DNA from: Alphaproteobacteria bacterium
Lineage (GTDB): Bacteria; Pseudomonadota; Alphaproteobacteria; MED-G09
Assembly: GCA_045565415.1 (NCBI GenBank)
Contig: JBJLFK010000033.1
Location: 5,044-69,043, forward strand
DNA length: 64,000 nt
Reading direction: 5' to 3'
Below the pieces are notes generated by a model that worked only from the letters and a program-made list of their open reading frames with translations, had not been told where the DNA came from and did not search any database. A program made the translations under genes and the position numbers. Of the stretch, positions 30,844-40,910 are shown in pieces. Position 1 is the stretch's first letter, and the number at the start of each line of letters is the position of its first letter.

Positions 30844-31746
30844 ATGACAATAAGCTTCAAAGATAAAGTTGTGATTGTAACTGGAGCGGGAGGTGGATTG
30901 GGAAGAAGTCACTCTCTAGAATTTGCAAAAAGAGGAGCAAAAGTTGTTGTAAATGATCTTGGAGGCTCTGTTGATGGATCAGGAGGTTCATCTGATGCGG
31001 CCAATAATGTTGTAAAAGAAATCACTGAAGCTGGAGGAGTAGCTATCCCAAACGGTTCATCTGTCACTGATGATGATGGCGTAAAAAATATGGTTGATCA
31101 AACAATGGATGAGTTTGGTCGAATAGATATACTCATAAACAATGCAGGAATATTAAGGGATAGGTCTTTTACTAAAATGACTATAGAAGACTTTACTCTT
31201 GTAACAGATATCCATTTAATGGGATCAGTCAAACCTACAAAAATGGTATGGGAAATTATGAAAGAGCAAAATTATGGTAGAATTTTAGTTACCACTTCAT
31301 CTACAGGCTTATACGGAAACTTTGGTCAATCAAATTACGGAGCTGCAAAACTTGGTGTTGTAGGGTTTGTAAATACTCTTAAACTTGAAGGACAAAAATA
31401 TAATATTAATTGTAATGTCTTATGTCCGGTGGCATACACTAGAATGACAGAAAATCTTATGCCCCCTGAAGCTGAACAGCTTTTGACCCCAAGAAGCGTT
31501 ACTCCTGCAGTTATTTATTTATCAAGTGAGAATGGTCCCACAGGAACAATTTTGTGTGCTGGTGCTGGCGTATATTCTGTTGCTAAGATAATGGAAAGCG
31601 ATGGAGAAAATCTTGGTTTGGAAGCATCGGCTGAAGATTTAGAAAAAAATTGGGATAAAATCTCTGACTTCTCTGAAGCCAAGCCATTCTTTAATGGTGG
31701 AGAACAAACTGGTAAAGTATTAGAAAAAGCAATGAAGGGAATTTAG
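30844..31746 (+). CDS. Short-chain dehydrogenase/reductase (MFE-2 / 3-hydroxyacyl-CoA dehydrogenase-like SDR)
   Basis: Rossmann fold TGAGGGLGR, an NNAG motif and a YGAAK catalytic motif. I prefer the second ATG (30844), which has GGAGG 5 nt upstream; the track start 30832 is an alternative. Confidence 0.8.
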   Translation: MTISFKDKVVIVTGAGGGLGRSHSLEFAKRGAKVVVNDLGGSVDGSGGSSDAANNVVKEITEAGGVAIPNGSSVTDDDGVKNMVDQTMDEFGRIDILINNAGILRDRSFTKMTIEDFTLVTDIHLMGSVKPTKMVWEIMKEQNYGRILVTTSSTGLYGNFGQSNYGAAKLGVVGFVNTLKLEGQKYNINCNVLCPVAYTRMTENLMPPEAEQLLTPRSVTPAVIYLSSENGPTGTILCAGAGVYSVAKIMESDGENLGLEASAEDLEKNWDKISDFSEAKPFFNGGEQTGKVLEKAMKGI

Positions 31747-33243
31747 TTGGATATCAATTATTCAAATCCAGTAAATTTTAAACTTAAAGATTATGATGAA
31801 AAGCCTGAAATATATAATTTAGGTTTTAGGGAGTATGATGCACGTTGGTTATATCCTGAACAAATTAATTTAGCAGGTATTCAAAAAATTGGACTAGGCT
31901 TAGGTAAACTTATCAAACAATCTAATAATAATGGCAAAATTTCTGTAGGACATGATTTTCGATCCTATTCTGAAGAAATAAAAGAAGCTCTTATTGGAGG
32001 ATTAATAGCCTCTGGAGTTGATGTTTATGATGTAGGTTTAACAATTTCTCCTGGAGCTTATTTTTCTCAATATTTACTCGATTGTGATAATGTTGCGATG
32101 GTTACAGCTAGCCATAACCCTAATGGTTGGACTGGAATAAAAATGGGGAATGAAAAGACTCTCACCTTTGGTCCAGATCTAATTAATGACTTAAAAAAAG
32201 TTATAGAAGAGAAAGACAATGCTTCAAATAAGCCTGGAAACTATAATTTTAGAAATATCAATAATGAATATCTCACAGATCTTATTTCAAAATACAAAAT
32301 AAATAGAAAAATTAAAGCTGTAGTAGCATGTGGAAATGGGACAGCAGGTCTTTTTGCTCCTAAAGCTCTTAGTTCATTAGGTGTTGAGGTTATTCCGCTG
32401 CATTGCGATTTAGATAGCTCATTCCCCAATTATAATCCTAATCCTGAAGACTTAATAATGTTAAAAGATTTAGGAAAACATGTTTTAGAAAATAATGCAG
32501 ATATAGGTTTTGCATTTGACGGTGATGGAGATCGCGTAGGTGTAGTTGATAATAACGGACAGGAAATATTCGCAGATAAAATTGGGCTACTAATTGCTCG
32601 AAATTTATCCTTGGAAAATTCAAATTCAAAATTTGTAGTTGATGTTAAGTCTACTTCCCTTTTTCTGACTGATGAAATTCTTAAAAAGAACAATTCTGAA
32701 ATTGTATTATGGAAAACTGGTCACAGTTATATTAAAAGAAAAACAACTGAGATAAATGCTACAGCTGGTTTCGAAAGATCCGGTCATTTCTTTTTCAATA
32801 ACCCCATAGGTCGAGGGTATGATGATGGTATTTTGTCTGCACTTGAAATTCTAAAAATACTAGACAATAACAAAAATAAAAAACTTAATGATTTATACAA
32901 TGAGCTCCCTATCACCTTCTCCTCACCAACTATGTCTCCAAAATGCCCTGAAGAAAAAAAATATGATGTTGTGGATAAAATAAAAAATATTTTTCAAAAT
33001 AAAATGAAAAACAATCAGCCTTTAGCAGGACAAAAAATACTATCTATCTTAACTGTAAATGGAGTTAGAATTCACCTTGAAGATGGCTCATGGGGTTTAG
33101 TAAGAGCTTCATCAAATTCACCAAATCTTGTTGTTGTGTGTGAAAGCACAGTATCCGAAGAAAGAATGAAAGAAGTATTTCATGGTCTTAATAGTGAATT
33201 AATAAAATTTGAAGAAATTGGTGATTATGATCAGAAAATTTAA
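31747..33243 (+). CDS. Phosphomannomutase/phosphoglucomutase (alpha-D-phosphohexomutase family)
   Basis: 498 aa with the active-site phosphoserine motif TASHNP and the metal-binding loop DGDGDR. An apparent TTG start sits immediately after the SDR stop. Confidence 0.85.
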   Translation: MDINYSNPVNFKLKDYDEKPEIYNLGFREYDARWLYPEQINLAGIQKIGLGLGKLIKQSNNNGKISVGHDFRSYSEEIKEALIGGLIASGVDVYDVGLTISPGAYFSQYLLDCDNVAMVTASHNPNGWTGIKMGNEKTLTFGPDLINDLKKVIEEKDNASNKPGNYNFRNINNEYLTDLISKYKINRKIKAVVACGNGTAGLFAPKALSSLGVEVIPLHCDLDSSFPNYNPNPEDLIMLKDLGKHVLENNADIGFAFDGDGDRVGVVDNNGQEIFADKIGLLIARNLSLENSNSKFVVDVKSTSLFLTDEILKKNNSEIVLWKTGHSYIKRKTTEINATAGFERSGHFFFNNPIGRGYDDGILSALEILKILDNNKNKKLNDLYNELPITFSSPTMSPKCPEEKKYDVVDKIKNIFQNKMKNNQPLAGQKILSILTVNGVRIHLEDGSWGLVRASSNSPNLVVVCESTVSEERMKEVFHGLNSELIKFEEIGDYDQKI

Positions 33244-34061
33244 AAAAGCTCTAGATACATCCTTATTGATGTAAAAAGTAAAAAAATCGCAAATAATCTA
33301 GTTAATGTTTTCTTAGGTAGTGAGTGTGCATATTTTGCTCCGAGAGGAGCTGAGATAGCAGCTAAAGGAGCTATTAATATTAAACCTAATAAATTTACAT
33401 ACCCCAATGAACCAGGAGGTAAATCAGCTACAAACAAACCAGTAATGATAAAAAATAATGTCCCTGGTATAGATAGAAAAAAACCTAGACCTGCTGAAGT
33501 TCCTACAGCTTTATGAATAGGAACACCATATAAAGACATGATACTTACATTAAATGTTCCCCCTCCAATACCAAGCATAGAAGAAAACGAACCAACTAAT
33601 AACGGAATATTGTGGCTAAAAAAACCTGAAGGTAATTTATTTCCTAATCTTAAATTGTCATTTTGTGTTAATAAATGAATACAAACCAATAAAGCAATTG
33701 TTGCAAAAAATAATGTCAAATAAAAACCAGATATCAATCCAGCGATAGTTGCGCCAATAGCAGATCCTATTAAAGTTGGCATTATCCATTTTTTTATAAT
33801 TGAGAAATCAACTGCATTATTTTTTTTATGCGCCACATAAGAACGCCACCCTGTTGGTATAATGATAGCAAGAGATGTTGCTACAGAGACATGCATTATA
33901 ATTTCGTTTGAGAAACCAAGAGATGATAGTACATGATAAAGAATTGGAACAATTATTATTCCTCCACCAACACCTAAAAGCCCTGCTATAAAACCAGATA
34001 ATAATCCTGAAAAAATTAAGGCAAAAATAAAAGGTAAAAGACCAATGCCATTGTAATACAT
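33240..34061 (-). CDS. TauE/SafE family sulfite/organosulfonate exporter
   Basis: 273 aa polytopic membrane protein with duplicated 4-TM halves rich in Gly (…GVGGGIIIVP…). Confidence 0.75.
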   Translation of the reverse strand: MYYNGIGLLPFIFALIFSGLLSGFIAGLLGVGGGIIIVPILYHVLSSLGFSNEIIMHVSVATSLAIIIPTGWRSYVAHKKNNAVDFSIIKKWIMPTLIGSAIGATIAGLISGFYLTLFFATIALLVCIHLLTQNDNLRLGNKLPSGFFSHNIPLLVGSFSSMLGIGGGTFNVSIMSLYGVPIHKAVGTSAGLGFFLSIPGTLFFIITGLFVADLPPGSLGYVNLLGLILIAPLAAISAPLGAKYAHSLPKKTLTRLFAIFLLFTSIRMYLELF

Positions 34062-35053
34062 TAAGCTGCCTCTTTGTGAATTTCTTCAATTTTAATTAAA
34101 GCTTCCTTGATAACATTGATATCACTTTTTCTCTTTGGAGCATTCTCAGATAAATGACTTCTCCAAAATTTTGCTCCCTTAACTCCATGAAAAAGACCAA
34201 GCATATGTCTTGTTATATGATTTATATATGTCCCCTTTGCGATTTCAGATTCTATATAAGGTATCATCTCTCTAGCAATATCAAATCTGGAATGATCTTG
34301 TTTTTTTGCTTCATAGAAAACATGATCAATATCTGTTAACATAAACGGATCTAGATATGCTGCCCTTCCCATCATAATGCCGTCGGGATCATACTGATTT
34401 GAATTTAATTCTTTTTTAGCTTCTTCAATTGAATTAATTCCTCCATTCAAAACCACATTTAATTCCGGCCATTTTCTTTTTATCAATCTAACCAAATCAT
34501 AATCTAAAGGGGGAATTTCTCTATTTTTCTTAGGATCAAGTCCGTTTAAAATAGCTTTTCTTGCATGTATAATTATTGTTTTGATTCCTATTGCATTTAA
34601 CCTCTCAATCATAGCCGGTAAAACCTCATAAGGATCATCATCATCGAGACCAACTCTACATTTAACAGTAACAGGAATACTTACGGACTTAATCATTAAT
34701 CCTAGGCAAGCTTCAACTAAATCTAAATCACTCATCAAACATGCCCCAAAGTTTCCTTCTTGAACTCTTTTTGATGGACAACCAAGATTAAAATTGATTT
34801 CATCATATCCGAAATCTTCACCACATTTAGCGGCATATGCAAGATTTTTCGGATTACTGCCTGCTATTTGAAGTGCAACTGGGTGCTGAGATTCATCAAA
34901 TTTTAGAAAAAAGTCCTTATCGCCATATACTATAGCGTCAGAAACTACCATTTCACTGTACAAAAAAGCATTTTTAGTAAGTTTTCGAAAAAAATAACGG
35001 CAATGCCGATCCGTATAGTCAATCATTGGAGCTATGCAAAATTTATGTAACAT
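34061..35053 (-). CDS. dusA: tRNA-dihydrouridine synthase A
   Basis: 330 aa TIM-barrel Dus family protein with N-terminal CIAPMIDYTDRHCRYF, typical of DusA. Confidence 0.85.
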   Translation of the reverse strand: MLHKFCIAPMIDYTDRHCRYFFRKLTKNAFLYSEMVVSDAIVYGDKDFFLKFDESQHPVALQIAGSNPKNLAYAAKCGEDFGYDEINFNLGCPSKRVQEGNFGACLMSDLDLVEACLGLMIKSVSIPVTVKCRVGLDDDDPYEVLPAMIERLNAIGIKTIIIHARKAILNGLDPKKNREIPPLDYDLVRLIKRKWPELNVVLNGGINSIEEAKKELNSNQYDPDGIMMGRAAYLDPFMLTDIDHVFYEAKKQDHSRFDIAREMIPYIESEIAKGTYINHITRHMLGLFHGVKGAKFWRSHLSENAPKRKSDINVIKEALIKIEEIHKEAA

Positions 35054-35210
35054 ATAGGTCTCTTTTTAAACCTTATTTAAATAACATATTTTTAATATTT
35101 TAGCTTGCGATTAACACTATAATGGTTAAATTTGCAATAATTCGGCTAATTCTTCTTATTTTAATGATGAAATAGCTGAAAAGAAATTAAAAATTTTGGG
35201 GGGATATATA

Positions 35211-37487
35211 ATGAAATTTTTAACTAAATGTTTGTTAATGTTTGCTCTTATTTTGACAATGAACTTCAATGTTCAAGCTCAAGAAAGCGCTCCAACATTA
35301 GCAATTGAAGAAATAATTGTTACAGCAAGAAAAAAGGAAGAATCTATTCAAGATGTTCCTATGGCTGTAACCGCTATTACTGACCAATTGAATGAAGGTA
35401 GCGTTAGAAGAATTGAAGATATTCAAGCTTTTGCTCCAAATCTGTTTATTAACAGAACTCCTGGTATCGCAAGTGGTGCAGCTATAACTATTAGAGGTGT
35501 TGCATCTCTTGAAAGTGATAAAAGTTATGAACCATCAATTGGTGTTGTAATGGATGGTATGTTTTTAGGTACATCAAGTGGTGTTCTTTTGGATAATTTT
35601 GACATAGAGAGAATTGAGGTTCTTCGTGGACCACAAGGAACATTGTTCGGTAAAAATACAACAGGCGGTATTCTTAATGTTATTAGAACTCCTGTATCTC
35701 TTACTGATCTTGGAGTTGACGCTAGTTTAACAATTGGTGAGTTTGGAAGACAAGATCTTAAAACAGTGATCCAAGTTCCTATTATTGAAGATAAATTAGG
35801 TGTTAAAATATTTGCTGCAAGTATTGAACATGATGGTCATGTATATAATACATTCCTTGAAAAAGATGCTGGTGGCGATGACAAATTAAATTATGGTTTC
35901 ACTACTTTATGGGAACCTAATGATCAATTTAGTCTAAAATTTCATTATGAAATAATGGAAGATAAAAGTGAACAAGGCTCTTATGTTAACAGAAACCGTG
36001 TTGGTGAATTAGCATGTACAATTACTCAAATTGGCTTTGATCCGCGTAATGGTTGTGAAATAAATGCAAATGATGGTCCAAATACAGTTGAATCAGATGG
36101 ATCAAATTTTAGTGATAATGAATATGAATCAATGATTGTTACAGCTAATTACGACACTGAAAACTTCTTATACACTTACATATATTCGAACAGAGATATG
36201 GATGAACAAAATATGCAAGATTTTGATGGTTCACCTGCTCGTTTATTAAGAATGAATTTCTTTAATGATTGGGAACAAACAAGTCACGAATTCAGAGTAA
36301 CATCACAATTCTCAGATAAATTTCAGTTTATCGCTGGTATCTATGATTGGGAGGCTGATTTTGCACAAAGATGGAATGTTTATGACTTATTTTATCAATT
36401 ATCACGTTTAGGTGTTCCTCCTTGGCCTTTCGGTAGAAAAGGTGTTGCAGGATATGATGATGTAGATGTATGGGAAGATGACGTTGCTGGTAACAATGGG
36501 CAAACTCAAGTTACAGAATCTATAGCTGTTTTTGCTTCAGTTGACTGGTTTGTTACCGATCAATTGACAGTAACTGCGGGCTTCCGTTGGACTGAAGAAG
36601 AAAAAGACTTTGTCGGTGGTGCCTCAGCTCCTGGTTATTATCCTCTAAGAGGAGAACCATGGCCAGGAATATACAACCCAACATCATACTCAGCTAAATG
36701 GGATGAAACTACACCAAAAGTTGGACTTAGATACCAACCTAACGATGATGTAATGTATTATGCCACTTATAGTGAAGGCTTTAAAAGTGGTGGTTTCTTC
36801 GCTCGTCAAGCTAACTACGATATCTATCCTGGTTATGAACCGGAATATGTTAAAAATTATGAGTTTGGTTGGAAATCAACACTACAGGATGGAAGAGCAG
36901 TCTTTAATGGTGCTATTTTTAAATCTGAATACGATGATAAACAGGAATCTATTCTTATACCTGTTAACTTAGCAAACGTTGCTACAGTTATTCGTAATGC
37001 TGCATCAATGGAGATGACTGGTATAGAATTAGAATTAATGTATCAGGTTACTGAAGCTTGGGACCTTATGGTTACCTATGGTTATCTTGAAGCTGAGTAC
37101 AAAGATTATCTTGCTGACCTAACAGGTGATGGAGTTATTACTGATAATTCAGGATTAATTCCTCGTAATACTCCAGAAAATACATTTGGGTTTACTACTT
37201 CATATACAGCTCAACTAGGTAATGGTGAATTAAAAGGTAGAGTATCGTATCGTTTCAGAGATGAAATGAATTCAGATTCTTCAAATAATCCATTGGGAGA
37301 CCTAGATAGCATTGAAAATGTTAATGCTACGCTTAGTTATTCTGTCGATAATTACAGCATAACATTATGGGGTAGAAATCTTACTGATGAGAGAGAGCAA
37401 AGATGGGCTACGATTGGTGGTCTAACATCTAGAGGATGGTGGAATGAACCATCTACAGTAGGTGTAACCTTTAATGTTTCTTATTAA
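35211..37487 (+). CDS. TonB-dependent outer-membrane receptor
   Basis: Signal peptide, a TonB-box-like EEIIVTA, a plug domain, a 22-strand barrel and a C-terminal aromatic residue (…NVSY). I prefer the ATG at 35211 over the track's TTG at 35196. Confidence 0.85.
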   Translation: MKFLTKCLLMFALILTMNFNVQAQESAPTLAIEEIIVTARKKEESIQDVPMAVTAITDQLNEGSVRRIEDIQAFAPNLFINRTPGIASGAAITIRGVASLESDKSYEPSIGVVMDGMFLGTSSGVLLDNFDIERIEVLRGPQGTLFGKNTTGGILNVIRTPVSLTDLGVDASLTIGEFGRQDLKTVIQVPIIEDKLGVKIFAASIEHDGHVYNTFLEKDAGGDDKLNYGFTTLWEPNDQFSLKFHYEIMEDKSEQGSYVNRNRVGELACTITQIGFDPRNGCEINANDGPNTVESDGSNFSDNEYESMIVTANYDTENFLYTYIYSNRDMDEQNMQDFDGSPARLLRMNFFNDWEQTSHEFRVTSQFSDKFQFIAGIYDWEADFAQRWNVYDLFYQLSRLGVPPWPFGRKGVAGYDDVDVWEDDVAGNNGQTQVTESIAVFASVDWFVTDQLTVTAGFRWTEEEKDFVGGASAPGYYPLRGEPWPGIYNPTSYSAKWDETTPKVGLRYQPNDDVMYYATYSEGFKSGGFFARQANYDIYPGYEPEYVKNYEFGWKSTLQDGRAVFNGAIFKSEYDDKQESILIPVNLANVATVIRNAASMEMTGIELELMYQVTEAWDLMVTYGYLEAEYKDYLADLTGDGVITDNSGLIPRNTPENTFGFTTSYTAQLGNGELKGRVSYRFRDEMNSDSSNNPLGDLDSIENVNATLSYSVDNYSITLWGRNLTDEREQRWATIGGLTSRGWWNEPSTVGVTFNVSY

Positions 37488-37507
37488 TTAAATAAATATA
37501 GTAAATT

Positions 37508-37541
37508 AAATGGCTCGAAATTACTTCGGGCCATTTTTTTT
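37508..37541 (+). terminator. Rho-independent terminator after the first TonB-dependent receptor
   Basis: The hairpin aaatggctcgaa-att-acttcgggccattt is followed by a T8 tract. Confidence 0.55.
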
Positions 37542-37719
37542 GGTATTTATAAATTTTTTAAAAATTACCAAAGTTACACACCTTTAAAAAAAATTAACAA
37601 AAACTTCATAAAAAACTATGCGAAGAATCCATATTTTATGATAAGAATCGATAGATTAATTACATAAGAAATTTTATACAAATTTCATCATTATATTTTT
37701 TAAATAAAGGGTCAAAAAT

Positions 37720-40700
37720 ATGTTTCCTAAAAGCATTCTAAAGTTATCTAAAAAAGTAACTTTCTATTCTTTTTTTCTTTTCGCAATTTCAATTATTTTA
37801 CCTCTAACTATTAGTGCTGAGCAAACTACAGGCGCTATTAGAGGCTCAGTATTTGATAGTTCTGGCAACCCAGTTTCAGGTGTATCTATTCAAATAACAC
37901 ATGTACCTTCTGGGACAAAGGCTTCAACAAGCACCAATAATACTGGTTCATTTTATTCAAGGGGCTTACGTTTAGGTGGTCCTTTTGATGTTAGAGCTAC
38001 TAAAGATGGACAATCATCTTTACAATCAGGCATATATACGAGTCTGGGTGGTGAATATAATTTAAATATTCAACTTGGTGGAACAGGTATTGAAGAAATT
38101 ATTGTAACAGGTCAGGCTGTTAATTTCGACACATTGGGAGTGGGACCTGGATCAACCTTCACTTCAGAAGATTTAGCGACCCTTCCCTCAATCGATAGAG
38201 ATATAAAAGATATTGCGAGATTAGATCCTTTTGTGACCGTTGATAACGAAGGAAGATTGTCTTTCGCTGGTGGAATGCCAAGACTAATCGGTTTCATTAT
38301 TGATGGCGTAAGCGCTAATGACTCCTATGGTCTTAGTAGTAATGCTTATCCAACAAATAGAATGCCTATCTCTATTGACCTTGTAGAGCAAGTATCAGTA
38401 AAAGTTGCAAATTATGATGCAGAGCTTGGAGAGGCACTTAGTGGAAACATTGTTTTAACAACTAAAGCTGGAACTAATGATTTTCATGGTTCTTTTACTG
38501 TTGAATCATCACAAAAAAGTGGTGATGAACCATTTGGTGAAAAAACTGATCAACCTGACCCTGATACTGAATTATTTTCTTTCACATTTAATGGTCCCAT
38601 TATTAAGGACAAGTTATTCTTTTCTTTAGGATATGAAAAATATGAAGCATCAGACCCAATTTCTTTGCTTGGGTTTCAATCAGGTTCAGTAACTAAGGCT
38701 GAAGCTGATGCCGTTATTAAAGCCGCTATGGATGTAATTGGTTATGATGCAGGTTCATATAATAAAGCTCGTGAAGAAGAAGATGAAAAAACATTTTTAA
38801 GATTGGATGCTAATTTATCTGAAAATCATAATCTTACTTTTTCTTACAACCTTACTGAAGGCTCTACTGAGTCAGCTTACTTTAATAGAACTTGGGGCCT
38901 ACCATTATCGAGTAACTGGTATAGAATTAACAAAGAATATGAATCAATGAAATTAGAGTTAAACTCGAATTGGACAGATAATTTTTCTACTAAAATTTTA
39001 ATTTCAGATACAGATGTGAGTAATCCTAACACTCCTGTAGGAGCAACAACAATTGGTGAAGTTGGTATAAGAGTTGCCTCGGGCGGAACAGTATTTTTTG
39101 GACCTGATCAGTATCGACATGCTAATCAGATTGAAACAAACAGAAAACAATACGAAATTGCTGGGTATTATGATATTGGAAATCACGCATTAAAGCTTGG
39201 TTACAAAGTAGTTGAAAATGATATGTTTAATATGTTTTCAAGGAATAGTCTTGGTGAATATGATTATAACTCCATTGATGATTTTATTGCAGGTAATCTT
39301 AGAGAATTAGATTACAGAAACGCAGATACAAATAATCCTTTAGACGCAGCTGGTCGATTCAATATGGATTTCACAATAATTTATTTTCAAGATACCTGGG
39401 ATATCTCATCCGACTTAACAGCAAGAATTGGTTTTAGGTATGAAGAAATTAGTATGGATTCTGTACCTAAAAAAAATACATTTTGGTATAATTGGACAGG
39501 CGATACATATAGACCTGCTCCTGAAAATGATGTGAGTTTAGATGGTGAAGATATTCTAATGCCTCGTTTCTCTCTAGATTGGCAAGCCCAAGATAATGTA
39601 TTGGTTACATTTGGTTGGGGTGAGTTTAGTGGAAACCTTCCGCCAGTTTGGTATGGGGGACCATACATTGATACTGGTTTAGGCTTACCCGGAAACAAAC
39701 TTAGAGCAAGAAGCAATAACTTACCAACTCCTGGTTCACCAGAAAGTTATCCTGGTGATGCTGCTTTAGCTCTTGTAAGAAACGAAATTGGGGATACCGG
39801 TGGTTATACTAATATGATGGATAAAGATTTTGGTATACCATCAATAACTAAATTACATGTAGGGGTAACAGCAGACTTAGACTCTAATTTAATTGGTCCT
39901 TTTACTTTAAGAGCTAATTATATGCACATGAAAGAAGAGGATCCTGTTGGAGCTTATATAGGTGGTTGTGATCCAAGAGGGAATGCACTAGCTGATAACA
40001 GACCGTTATATGGTGGATGTAGTTATGTTGGATATCTGACAACCTTTAAAGATGTAGAACCTGAAAGCGATATTTACAGTATTTCATTCGAAAAAACTTT
40101 TGATAATGGAATTGATTTATATCTATCATACGCTCATCAAGAAAGAGAAATGGCTCATGCGATGACAAGCTCTATAATCTTTTCAAGCGCAACAAGATAT
40201 CCAGTATTTGATCATTTAACCCCTGTAAATTCTCCTTCACATTATGAGATAGAACATGCCTTTGATTATAAACTAAGTTGGCAAGGTAATATCTTTGGTG
40301 ATTTAGAAACAAGTATTGCATTAAATGGTTTCAGGCAATCTGGTACACCTTTTAGTTATACATTCCTTGGGGATTTGAGTGGTTATAGAACTGATGGAGA
40401 AAATATTGATCTATTATATGTACCAAGTCTAAATGATCCAAATGTGCTTTATGCTGATGGGTTTGATCTTGAGGCATTTAATCAGTTTTTAGATGACTCT
40501 GGATTATCAGGTTATAGAGGGAATGCAGTACCAAGGAATAGTTTTAATAGTCCTTGGGAAGGTACTTTTGATGTGAGAATAGCTCAAGAACTTCCTACTG
40601 GTGGAATAAATGGAAAAGCAACATTCTTTGTTGATATCGAGAATGTTTTAAATCTCATAAATTCTGATTGGGGTGGATTTGAAAATTATGCTGGCGGGAC

Positions 40701-40845
40701 AATGAATTCTAGAGGTGTTGTTGAAGCAGAAGTTGATGATCAAGGTCGGTATGTATACAAAAATTTTGATATTGATGGAGATCCAGTAAGAAAAATTGGA
40801 AAATCAGTATGGCAACTCAAAGTTGGCCTTAAATATGAATTCTAA
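37720..40845 (+). CDS. Large TonB-dependent receptor with N-terminal carboxypeptidase-regulatory-like domain (Oar-like)
   Basis: 1041 aa: signal peptide, a CarbopepD_reg-like beta-sandwich (GAIRGSVFDSSGNPVSGVSIQI), a TonB box IEEIIVTG, a plug domain and a barrel ending …LKYEF. Confidence 0.85.
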   Translation: MFPKSILKLSKKVTFYSFFLFAISIILPLTISAEQTTGAIRGSVFDSSGNPVSGVSIQITHVPSGTKASTSTNNTGSFYSRGLRLGGPFDVRATKDGQSSLQSGIYTSLGGEYNLNIQLGGTGIEEIIVTGQAVNFDTLGVGPGSTFTSEDLATLPSIDRDIKDIARLDPFVTVDNEGRLSFAGGMPRLIGFIIDGVSANDSYGLSSNAYPTNRMPISIDLVEQVSVKVANYDAELGEALSGNIVLTTKAGTNDFHGSFTVESSQKSGDEPFGEKTDQPDPDTELFSFTFNGPIIKDKLFFSLGYEKYEASDPISLLGFQSGSVTKAEADAVIKAAMDVIGYDAGSYNKAREEEDEKTFLRLDANLSENHNLTFSYNLTEGSTESAYFNRTWGLPLSSNWYRINKEYESMKLELNSNWTDNFSTKILISDTDVSNPNTPVGATTIGEVGIRVASGGTVFFGPDQYRHANQIETNRKQYEIAGYYDIGNHALKLGYKVVENDMFNMFSRNSLGEYDYNSIDDFIAGNLRELDYRNADTNNPLDAAGRFNMDFTIIYFQDTWDISSDLTARIGFRYEEISMDSVPKKNTFWYNWTGDTYRPAPENDVSLDGEDILMPRFSLDWQAQDNVLVTFGWGEFSGNLPPVWYGGPYIDTGLGLPGNKLRARSNNLPTPGSPESYPGDAALALVRNEIGDTGGYTNMMDKDFGIPSITKLHVGVTADLDSNLIGPFTLRANYMHMKEEDPVGAYIGGCDPRGNALADNRPLYGGCSYVGYLTTFKDVEPESDIYSISFEKTFDNGIDLYLSYAHQEREMAHAMTSSIIFSSATRYPVFDHLTPVNSPSHYEIEHAFDYKLSWQGNIFGDLETSIALNGFRQSGTPFSYTFLGDLSGYRTDGENIDLLYVPSLNDPNVLYADGFDLEAFNQFLDDSGLSGYRGNAVPRNSFNSPWEGTFDVRIAQELPTGGINGKATFFVDIENVLNLINSDWGGFENYAGGTMNSRGVVEAEVDDQGRYVYKNFDIDGDPVRKIGKSVWQLKVGLKYEF

Positions 40846-40868
40846 TTGAAAGCAATAATATTAAACAA

Positions 40869-40897
40869 GGGGCGCTATTAATTAGCGCCCTTTTTTT
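40869..40897 (+). terminator. Rho-independent terminator after the second TonB-dependent receptor
   Basis: The GC-rich hairpin ggggcgct-attaatt-agcgccc is followed by a T7 tract; the PhoD-like ATG lies only 14 nt downstream. Confidence 0.6.
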
Positions 40898-40910
40898 ATA
40901 TAATAATATT

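Noticed and set aside
35054-35195. Possible Fur or Pho box upstream of the first TBDR (ttaatgatgaaatagc)
   Set aside because: The match is only weak and partial in a very AT-rich background, with no CTGTCAT-type Pho box. It is too ambiguous to report as a feature
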